NCBI GenBank assembly: GCA_963663405.2
Contig: CAXXSM010000012.1
Location: forward strand, 1 to 64,000
DNA length: 64,000 nt
Source: a bacterium
GTDB taxonomy: Bacteria > Hinthialibacterota > Hinthialibacteria > Hinthialibacterales > Hinthialibacteraceae
Reading direction: 5' to 3'
The position numbers and the translations under genes are program-made. Positions 56,186 to 64,000 of the stretch are shown in pieces (the first letter of the stretch is position 1; each line of letters starts with the position of its first letter). The notes below the pieces were generated by a model, which did not search any database, was not told where the DNA came from, and saw only the letters and a program-made list of their open reading frames with translations.

Positions 56186-57112
56186 ATGATTCGAGTGGAA
56201 AATTTCACGAAAAAATACGGGGATAAAACAGCGGTCAAGGATTTTACCCTGCACGTCGAAAAGGGTGATATTTTTGGTTTCATCGGCCCCAACGGCGCAG
56301 GAAAAACCACCACGATCCGCTTCCTCGCGACGTTGCTGAAACCAACCGCCGGGGAAGCGACGATTAACGGCTTCAGCGTCACCCGCCAACCGATGGACGT
56401 GCGCCGCTCAATGGGCTACATGCCCGACTCGTTCGGTGTATATGAAGGAATGCGCGTATGGGAATATCTCGATTTCTTCGCCGCCGCCTACAATATAAAA
56501 AAAGATAAGCGTAAAAAAATCATTCGCGATGTCATCCAACTCCTCGATCTCGACAATAAAAAAGACGATTTTGTTGAAGGGCTCTCGCGGGGGATGAAAC
56601 AACGCCTCTGCTTGGCCAAAACATTGGTGCATGATCCGGAAGTCCTCATTCTCGACGAACCCGCTTCCGGACTGGATCCCCGCGCCCGCCACTACATCAA
56701 AGAACTTCTCAAAGAACTGAGGCGTATGGGCAAAACCATTCTCATCTCCTCTCACATCCTGGCCGAATTATCGGACTGCTGTAATAAAATCGGCATTATC
56801 GAACGAGGCGTTCTCCTCGCGTCCGGTGAGATCAAGCACATTATGAGTCAGGTCCGGGAAAGCATGGTCCTTGAAATCGAACTCCTTGAAGAAGATGACC
56901 GGCTGGAAAAGATCATCTGGGACTTCCCGGGCGTCAAAAACGTAGAAGTGATGGGACAGATTACCCGCGTGGAATACATCGGCGACCTTCGCGAAGTGCC
57001 GGTATTACACAAACAATTGATCGAAAAAGGCATTAATGTCTTATATTTCCGCGAACTGCCCGCGAACCTGGAAGAAGTCTTTATGACAGTCACAAAAGGC
57101 GAGGTCGCGTAA
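56186..57112 (+). CDS. ABC transporter ATP-binding protein
   Basis: GPNGAGKTT, LSRGMKQR, LILDEPASGLDP, ISSHILAEL, LEEVF. Confidence 0.95.
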   Translation: MIRVENFTKKYGDKTAVKDFTLHVEKGDIFGFIGPNGAGKTTTIRFLATLLKPTAGEATINGFSVTRQPMDVRRSMGYMPDSFGVYEGMRVWEYLDFFAAAYNIKKDKRKKIIRDVIQLLDLDNKKDDFVEGLSRGMKQRLCLAKTLVHDPEVLILDEPASGLDPRARHYIKELLKELRRMGKTILISSHILAELSDCCNKIGIIERGVLLASGEIKHIMSQVRESMVLEIELLEEDDRLEKIIWDFPGVKNVEVMGQITRVEYIGDLREVPVLHKQLIEKGINVLYFRELPANLEEVFMTVTKGEVA

Positions 57113-57360
57113 AGAGCCACTCCATTCAACCACCATCTTTCCCCAATCAACCGGCTCCACAAGGCTCACCCAGTCAGGGAGATCGAATTATACTATACTT
57201 ATTTAGTATCGAATTCATCTCCACAGTTTCCAATAGGACGAACCGGCAAAAAAGTGACATCCCTCAATCTCCCCTGGATGAAAAGAACCGGACTGATGTG
57301 GTATCATGACGGGAATGCGCCGCCGGAACGCCTTAACCACACTATTGAGAGGTCTTTATC

Positions 57361-58221
57361 GTGAAACGCTTATCGATTCTCTTCCTGGCCGTGTTCATCG
57401 TTTCTATACTGGCGCCGGAAACATTCGCGTTTAAATGGTACAAAAAAGCGTCTGAAGCCTTGGAAACCGCGAAAGAAAAGAAAATGCCGGCGTTTTTATA
57501 TTTCTTTCACTCCCTCGCATTACGGAAAGGGAGCCCTGAACGAAAATTGTGGGCGAGTCCTTTATTAAAGAGATATGAAAACTCTTTCGTCGCCACTTTA
57601 GCTGAGGTGGATTCCAACGTCGATCTTATCAAAAAATATGGTGTTTCCTCTTTCCCCGCCATTCTGTTTTTCGATACCAAAGGCCGGGAAATCCTGGCCC
57701 TGCGGATCGAAGATGAAACATTGAAACAAACAATGCTCGCAGTACGAATGAAACGCGTTCTCCGTGAAATCGAACAATTCGAGCTGATCGAAAGCCAAAT
57801 TCAGAAATACAAAGACAACGCCCGTATGGTGCACTCCTACGCCGATGGATTACGCGACCGGGGCCAATTCGAAGAAGCGGAAGAACAATACGTCCGCCTG
57901 TTCCAATGGGAAAACCTCGATCCCACGATCCTCAAAGAATCAGAAACGTCATACATTCATATGCTTTTTCTCCAAGCGACCCGCGATTTCTACGCAGGGC
58001 GATACAGCAGCTGTATCGATACCATGCGCCGGTTTAAAGCGAAATATCCAGGAGACGACGCCACCACCCAAGCTGATTTCCTGCTTGGCATGGCCTATTA
58101 TGAGGCGGGTGATCAAAAAAGCGGAGAACAATTGCTCAAAACAATCGCACGGGATAAGAAGGCGGGGATCTTCCAAGAGAAAGCGAAACAATATCTCGAT
58201 CGGAAGAAAAGTAAAAAATGA
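57361..58221 (+). CDS. Secreted thioredoxin-like plus TPR protein (no CxxC)
   Basis: Signal peptide; W....EALETAKEKKMPAFLYF; KYGVSSFPAILFFD..G.EI; C-terminal TPRs. Confidence 0.75.
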   Translation: MKRLSILFLAVFIVSILAPETFAFKWYKKASEALETAKEKKMPAFLYFFHSLALRKGSPERKLWASPLLKRYENSFVATLAEVDSNVDLIKKYGVSSFPAILFFDTKGREILALRIEDETLKQTMLAVRMKRVLREIEQFELIESQIQKYKDNARMVHSYADGLRDRGQFEEAEEQYVRLFQWENLDPTILKESETSYIHMLFLQATRDFYAGRYSSCIDTMRRFKAKYPGDDATTQADFLLGMAYYEAGDQKSGEQLLKTIARDKKAGIFQEKAKQYLDRKKSKK

Positions 58222-59345
58222 CATACAGAATCGTCCATACCCATTGCCGCCATTATCGCGGTGATCGTCCCTGCCAACCTCATAAAGATCACGGCGTTTT
58301 TTGCGATGGATGTCCCCATTTCGATCCCGTGAAATCCCGGATTCTTATTATAAAGTTGGGCGCGACCGGGGATGTTCTTCGTACGACCGCAATCCTGGGA
58401 TCGGTGAAGGAAGTCTATCCAGACGCGCACATCACCTGGGTCTGCGGCTGGCGAAGTGTCTCTTTAATCCGCCAGAATCCACTGATTGACCGTCCGCTCC
58501 CTCTCTCAGAAGAGTCTCTCGTGATTCTGGATAACGAACGGTTCGATCTCTGTGTGAACTTTGACCTGGCGCCGGAAGCGGCGTCTCTCGCGGGCCGAAT
58601 CAAAGCCGGTGTTCGGAAAGGATTTGCGCGAGACGAAAAGGGCCGCGTCTTCGCCTATGATCACGCCGGAGAAGAATGGCTCGAGATGAGCCTGTGGGAT
58701 GATAAAAAGAAAGCCAATCCACTCACATATCAAACTCACATGCGGAGAATCCTCGGCGCGCCCGAGACCAATCATCCCATCATCGCCCCGCTTCTCCCGG
58801 AAGCGTTGAAAAAAGCCGAGGCGTTCGCGGAACAACACGGTTTACGTGACTCCGGACCTGTAATCGGTTTCAACGTCGGCGCCGGGGAACGATGGCAGCA
58901 TAAAAAATGGACGATTGAAGGCTACGTCCAACTCGCGCGGCGAATTACTCAAGAAATCGATGGACGGATTGTTATTCTCTACGGTCCCGCCGACCGCCGC
59001 CGGGCTCAAGAGGCCCTTATCGCGCTGGATGTTCCCCACATCGACGCGGGATTGCGCGCATCCATGATGGAATTCATCGCCATAATGAACGTTTGCGATC
59101 TTATCGTCACCGGCGACACATTCGGCCTTCATGCGGCGTTGGGATTGGGCAAGCGGGTGGTCTGTCTGGTCGGCCCGACTTCCGCGCAGGAATTGGAACT
59201 CTACGGCCAAGGTGTTATCCTTTCGGGAGAGATCGACTGCCTGGGTTGCTATTTAACCCGCTGCGATAAAGATCCGTATTGCATGAAACTGCTCTCGGCT
59301 GACACCGTATTCGAGGCGGTTCAAAACCAACTAAAGAAACAATGA
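58218..59345 (+). CDS. Glycosyltransferase family 9 (heptosyltransferase-like)
   Basis: ILIIKLGATGDVLRTT, GAGERWQHKKW, VTGDTFGLHAALGL, GPT; Cys-rich termini. Confidence 0.9.
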   Translation: MTYRIVHTHCRHYRGDRPCQPHKDHGVFCDGCPHFDPVKSRILIIKLGATGDVLRTTAILGSVKEVYPDAHITWVCGWRSVSLIRQNPLIDRPLPLSEESLVILDNERFDLCVNFDLAPEAASLAGRIKAGVRKGFARDEKGRVFAYDHAGEEWLEMSLWDDKKKANPLTYQTHMRRILGAPETNHPIIAPLLPEALKKAEAFAEQHGLRDSGPVIGFNVGAGERWQHKKWTIEGYVQLARRITQEIDGRIVILYGPADRRRAQEALIALDVPHIDAGLRASMMEFIAIMNVCDLIVTGDTFGLHAALGLGKRVVCLVGPTSAQELELYGQGVILSGEIDCLGCYLTRCDKDPYCMKLLSADTVFEAVQNQLKKQ

Positions 59346-60109
59346 TGACAAAACGAATCCACAATACGAAACAAAGCTGGCGCAACCAGCAGCGTATCCA
59401 GTTTCTAAAAAATTTCTACGCGGCGCGTCAGATGATCGAGAAGTTCTATCAGCAATTTCTCGACAATCAATCGATTTCGTCCGATACCATCGATACACTG
59501 ATCGAACAATACCTCAGGAATTTGAAGAAACTCTCTCAATCGCTCTACCAGGTACAGGACGATGAAGCCGTCGAACGGAAGAAACAGCGCTTATTCGACA
59601 AATTAATCGGGGAACTGTTCCACGAACTCGGGAAAACCCGTGACAACATTCGCTTAGTCGACGCGCACGAAGAGGACGCCGAAGAGCATAACGATGAATT
59701 TTGGCGATCTCTCACCCGGTTCGGAGGCCAGGTGATTTCCACAGCTCGGAGAGAAATCCCCCTGCAAGTCGGCCGCTCCGTGCTTATTATGAACAAACTT
59801 GTCCCATTGTTTGAACAAATCCTGCCGATTTACCGTGATAACGAAATCGTATTGCGCACGATCTATTTATCCCGCAATTACTTCGATCCTCTCACGAAAC
59901 CTTCCACCATCGAATATTTCTTCCCCATTTTGTACGGCTCTGTCGATGAGGGGTATCGATCTCTCATTCATTCCTTTCTCCAAACCCGGCACATCGATAA
60001 CGCGCAAGTGGTTCTCCAAGAATTCCGTCACTGGGCAAAATCAAACGGTCACAAACCGAATCCCGCTCTTGAACAAGCCGAAGCTGAATTCAGCGGCTAT
60101 ATAACATAA
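59342..60109 (+). CDS. Hypothetical helical protein
   Basis: 255-aa ORF translationally coupled (ATGA overlap) to GT9. Confidence 0.75.
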   Translation: MMTKRIHNTKQSWRNQQRIQFLKNFYAARQMIEKFYQQFLDNQSISSDTIDTLIEQYLRNLKKLSQSLYQVQDDEAVERKKQRLFDKLIGELFHELGKTRDNIRLVDAHEEDAEEHNDEFWRSLTRFGGQVISTARREIPLQVGRSVLIMNKLVPLFEQILPIYRDNEIVLRTIYLSRNYFDPLTKPSTIEYFFPILYGSVDEGYRSLIHSFLQTRHIDNAQVVLQEFRHWAKSNGHKPNPALEQAEAEFSGYIT

Positions 60110-60233
60110 TTTGCGTTTTTCCTCCCGCATCCCAGATCCCCCTCCTATCAACCATTTCATTTTCATGACGATAATAACTAGAGAATTTTCATCCCTCGGC
60201 GAGAACGATCCATAGAGAAGGGCCGCGAACACC

Positions 60234-61400
60234 ATGAAAAAACGGACACGTCCGAAAAAAAAGCCCAAGAGTAAAGCCGAATCCATTCCCGTTTTCCGTC
60301 CCTCGATCACCCAAGAGGAAATTGACGCGGTCGCGGATGTCATGCGGTCCGGCTGGATGGGGCTTGGACCCGTTACGGAAGAATTCGAAAACGCCCTGGC
60401 GAAACATTTCGGCGTAGATTGCGTTATCGCTCTCAATTCCGGAACAGCGGCGTTGCATCTAGCCCTTCATCTTCTCGATCTTAAACCGGAGGATGAGGTG
60501 ATTGTCCCCACAATCACGTTTGTATCCACCGCTCATGTCGTTGAGTATTGCGGCGCGAAAGTTGTGTTCTGTGATGTCGAGGAAGACACGCTCTGCGTCA
60601 ATGTCGACGATGTGCGCCGGAAATTGACAAAGAACACCCGCGCGATACTTCCCGTGCACTATGGAGGCCACCCCTGCGACCTGGATGGCCTTCGCGAAGT
60701 TCTCGGTGACCGGAAAATCGTCATTATCGAAGACGCCGCGCACGCCTGCGGCGCGGAATATAAAGAGCAAAAAATCGGCGCTCTTTCCCCGCTGACCTGT
60801 TTTTCCTTCCATGCCGTTAAGAACCTAACCTGCGGGGAAGGCGGCGCCGTTTTCACGAATCATTCACCCTGGGCGAAAAAATTGCGGGAAATGCGCTGGC
60901 TGGGCATTTCGAAAGACACCTATACACGCTCCGCCCGCGAACGCGTCTACGCGTGGCAATACTGGGTCAACGAGATCGGATATAAGTATCACATGCACGA
61001 CATCGCCGCGGCCATCGGCCTCGTTCAACTCCGGCGGCTGGAAGAAAACAACCGGAAACGGCGGCGCATCATGGAACGCTATAACGAAGCCTTCGAAGGC
61101 CAATCCTGGATCGAAACGCCTCCGGAACATGATGATGTACGCTCCTCCTGGCATATCTACCACATTAAAGTACCCGAACGGGACCGTCTCGTCGCCCATC
61201 TGAAACGCAAACAGATTGCTCCCGGCGTGCATTATTACCCCATCCACATGCATCCATACTATGTGAGTTGCAACGCCCAATGTCCTATTGCGGAAGAAAT
61301 CTGGAAGCGTATCATCAGCCTTCCCATGTTTCCCGACATGACGGACGAGCAGATCGATCGCGTCATCGACACTGTTATCTCATTCGAAAACGATCTATAA
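60234..61400 (+). CDS. DegT/DnrJ/EryC1/StrS sugar aminotransferase
   Basis: NSGTAALHLA, PVHYGG, IEDAAHA, FSFHAVKNLTCGEGG, ISLPMFP. Confidence 0.95.
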   Translation: MKKRTRPKKKPKSKAESIPVFRPSITQEEIDAVADVMRSGWMGLGPVTEEFENALAKHFGVDCVIALNSGTAALHLALHLLDLKPEDEVIVPTITFVSTAHVVEYCGAKVVFCDVEEDTLCVNVDDVRRKLTKNTRAILPVHYGGHPCDLDGLREVLGDRKIVIIEDAAHACGAEYKEQKIGALSPLTCFSFHAVKNLTCGEGGAVFTNHSPWAKKLREMRWLGISKDTYTRSARERVYAWQYWVNEIGYKYHMHDIAAAIGLVQLRRLEENNRKRRRIMERYNEAFEGQSWIETPPEHDDVRSSWHIYHIKVPERDRLVAHLKRKQIAPGVHYYPIHMHPYYVSCNAQCPIAEEIWKRIISLPMFPDMTDEQIDRVIDTVISFENDL

Positions 61401-61418
61401 AATTGTTCTAAATAATGA

Positions 61419-61958
61419 TTGAATGCAAAGGAACGAATGATGATCTGTGGGGAACGTATTGTTTTACGCGCTTTGGAAGAGAGAGACGTGGAACAGCTGC
61501 GTCTATGGCGCAATCACCCAGAATTAATCGGTTATCACTGCTCCGATATCCCCGTCTCCCAAATCAGCCAAGCGCGCTGGTATGAGAACTGCGCCTCGAA
61601 TCCCAAACAGATCCTCTTCATCATCGAAGACGAAGAAAACAACCGTATCGGATACACCCTGATTAAAAATCTTGACCACAAAAACCGCAACGCCGAAATC
61701 GGCCTTCACCTCGACCCATCCGCCCAAGGAAAAGGTTATGGCAAAGAAGCCTTTCAAACGCTGATCCAGTACTGCTTCAACGAACTCAATCTCCATCGTC
61801 TCTATTTAGAGGTCTTCGATTTTAATGAACGCGCGATCAAACTCTACGAAACCCTAGGCTTCCAAACCGACGGCAGAATGCGCGAAGCCTATTTCACCCA
61901 AGGGGCGTACTGTGATATTCTTATTATGTCTTTGTTGGAGAATGAAAATCTCCAATAA
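61419..61958 (+). CDS. GNAT N-acetyltransferase (PseH/RimJ-like)
   Basis: WRNHPE, QGKGYGKEA, LNLHRLYLEV..FNERAIKLYETLGF. Confidence 0.9.
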   Translation: MNAKERMMICGERIVLRALEERDVEQLRLWRNHPELIGYHCSDIPVSQISQARWYENCASNPKQILFIIEDEENNRIGYTLIKNLDHKNRNAEIGLHLDPSAQGKGYGKEAFQTLIQYCFNELNLHRLYLEVFDFNERAIKLYETLGFQTDGRMREAYFTQGAYCDILIMSLLENENLQ

Positions 61959-62027
61959 TCCGTTTTCTCCATATTCTCTTCTCTAGCGATCCATCGGGAT
62001 AATCCTACTGATAAAATACTCTCCAAG

Positions 62028-62056
62028 TTGCCGAATCCGTTGCCGCTAGGTACAAT
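62028..62056 (+). promoter_or_regulatory. Sigma70-type promoter of hslVU
   Basis: TTGCCG-N17-TACAAT. Confidence 0.6.
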
Positions 62057-62117
62057 GGTCTGTTACAATATTGAATAGACTCGATAATTCAGATTCCCTT
62101 CTTGTAATAGAAGAGAG

Positions 62118-62711
62118 GTGGAGAAAAACTTGAATCAATCATCTAAAACACGCGCCCGCTGCCGGTCCACAACGATTTTATGCGTCCGTCGGGATGAGGA
62201 AGCGGTGATGGCGGGGGATGGCCAGGTCACAATGGGTGACACGGTCATGAAACGCTCCGCTCGGAAAGTCCGCACGATGTACGACGATGAAATCCTTGCG
62301 GGTTTCGCGGGCACATCGGCGGACGCGTTCACGCTCTTTGAAAAATTCGAAGCGAAACTAGACGAATACAACGGTAATCTGACTCGCTCAGCGGTTGAAT
62401 TGGCCAAAGAATGGCGCACGGATAAAATGCTCCGCCATCTGGAAGCCCTTCTGCTCGTCAGTGATCAACATCAAACTCTCGTCATTTCCGGCACGGGCGA
62501 TGTGATCGAACCGGATGACGGCGTCATCGCCATCGGTTCGGGAGGCCCCTACGCGCAGGCCGCCGCGAAAGCGCTTCTCAAATTCACAACGCTCCCCCTC
62601 AAAACCATCGCCGAAGAGGCCATGAAATTGGCCGCGGAGATTTGCGTATATACCAACGAGGAAATCGTGATGGAATACCTTCCCAACGAGAATGAGGAAT
62701 CCGGCTCCTAA
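62118..62711 (+). CDS. hslV: ATP-dependent protease peptidase subunit HslV
   Basis: [50 protein letters not shown]. Confidence 0.97.
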   Translation: MEKNLNQSSKTRARCRSTTILCVRRDEEAVMAGDGQVTMGDTVMKRSARKVRTMYDDEILAGFAGTSADAFTLFEKFEAKLDEYNGNLTRSAVELAKEWRTDKMLRHLEALLLVSDQHQTLVISGTGDVIEPDDGVIAIGSGGPYAQAAAKALLKFTTLPLKTIAEEAMKLAAEICVYTNEEIVMEYLPNENEESGS

Positions 62712-62776
62712 TCGCAGCCTCCGGGATGGAAAGCAGGATTTAATACTATCAAAAATGGAAAACCGGTACAAAACGT

Positions 62777-64000
62777 ATGTCTGAAATAACATCCACAACG
62801 AATCTCATCCCCACCGGAAAGTCAACGGTTCCTGGATTGACCCCCAAAGAAATCGTCACCGAATTGGATAAATACATCATCGGTCAGCAAGACGCGAAAA
62901 AAGCCGTCGCGATCGCTCTTCGCAATCGCGCCCGCCGCCGCATGCTCGATCCGGACATGCAGGAAGAGGTCTATCCAAAAAACATTATCATGATAGGACC
63001 GACGGGCGTCGGCAAAACCGAAATCGCCCGCCGCCTCGCCCGCTTGGAAGACGCGCCATTCATTAAAGTTGAAGCGTCGAAATTCACTGAAGTCGGGTAC
63101 GTCGGGCGGGATGTGGAATCGATCATCCGCGATCTGATTGAAATCGCGGTCACCCGCGAACGGATCAAAAAAACCGATGAATGCCGCGCGGCGGCGGAAC
63201 AGGCGGCGGAAGAACGCCTCCTGGATCTGCTGATTCCACACAACATCCCCCGCCGTTTCAACGAACAGGGAATGACAGTCGATCAACCGGACAACGAACG
63301 AGAAGACCGGATCGCGAACACACGGGAGAAATTCCGGGATATGCTGCGGGCGGGTAAACTCGACGACCGGCTCGTAGAACCGGAAATCAACGAGCGGGCC
63401 AGCAATGTAGTCGTCGGTGTGCCCCCCGGCGTTGGATTTGAAGAGATGGGCATCGACCTTAAAGACATGATCGAAAAAATGATGCCTAACAAAAAAAAGC
63501 GAAAGAAAATGAAGGTCTCTCAGGCCCGGCCCCTTCTCGAACAAGAAGAGGCCGACCGGATTCTCGATATGGATCAGGTCGTGCAGGACGCCTCGGAAAA
63601 AGTCGAACAATCCGGGATTGTCTTTCTCGATGAGATTGATAAAATCGTCGGCCGCGACGGCGGTTCGGGTCCGGATGTCTCCCGGTCCGGTGTGCAGCGC
63701 GATATCCTGCCCCTCGTCGAAGGCTCCACCGTCTTCACGAAATACGGCATGATCCAAACCGATCACATTCTCTTTATCGCCGCCGGCGCCTTTCATGGAA
63801 CCAGCCCATCCGACTTGATCCCGGAACTGCAGGGACGCTTCCCCATCCGCGTTGAATTAGACGATCTGGACGAAGAAGATTTTCAACGCATCCTCAAAGA
63901 ACCGAAAAATTCCCTCCTGCGCCAATACAGCGCCCTGATGGGAACCGAGGGTGTCACAATCGATTTTATAGATGACGGCGTAGAAGAGATGGCGCGGATG
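62777..64000 (+). CDS. hslU: ATP-dependent protease ATPase subunit HslU (3' truncated by window)
   Basis: Manual translation from ATG 62777: [83 protein letters not shown]. Confidence 0.97.
   Translation, partial: MSEITSTTNLIPTGKSTVPGLTPKEIVTELDKYIIGQQDAKKAVAIALRNRARRRMLDPDMQEEVYPKNIIMIGPTGVGKTEIARRLARLEDAPFIKVEASKFTEVGYVGRDVESIIRDLIEIAVTRERIKKTDECRAAAEQAAEERLLDLLIPHNIPRRFNEQGMTVDQPDNEREDRIANTREKFRDMLRAGKLDDRLVEPEINERASNVVVGVPPGVGFEEMGIDLKDMIEKMMPNKKKRKKMKVSQARPLLEQEEADRILDMDQVVQDASEKVEQSGIVFLDEIDKIVGRDGGSGPDVSRSGVQRDILPLVEGSTVFTKYGMIQTDHILFIAAGAFHGTSPSDLIPELQGRFPIRVELDDLDEEDFQRILKEPKNSLLRQYSALMGTEGVTIDFIDDGVEEMARM

Noticed and set aside
57178-57222. Interrupted AT-rich palindrome after the ABC ATPase
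   Set aside because: Weak stem without U-tract and single copy; at most an ordinary terminator or operator
62822-63796. 324-aa minus-strand ORF
   Set aside because: Antisense shadow of hslU, which the ORF track missed because it is truncated by the window

Overview
Chromosomal, mostly housekeeping/envelope window of a diderm (LPS-making) bacterium from a poorly characterised lineage. Recognisable core genes: lpxB, efp, purC, galT, RNase P RNA (rnpB), era, obgE-proB, rpsA, plsC and hslV-hslU. There are many envelope-glycosylation genes (four GT-C-type membrane proteins, Wzz-like, GT9, DegT aminotransferase, GNAT, Maf/DUF115). No CRISPR array, tRNA, rRNA, transposase, integrase or reverse transcriptase was seen. 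Most interesting: (1) an intact, solitary phage-portal-like gene next to era with no other phage genes; (2) a nested miniature inverted-repeat element with 14-bp TIRs and a 7-bp target-site duplication just downstream of it; (3) two dispersed small-repeat families, one copy of which has been recruited into a protein C-terminus; (4) an internally duplicated LptA-like protein; (5) ribosomal protein S1 with a 35-aa tandem-repeat acidic tail; (6) a roughly 2,160-aa modular secreted protein followed by GspC-like and foldase genes; (7) a candidate structured RNA upstream of the Wzz-like gene. All family assignments come from motif recognition by eye, not from database searches.
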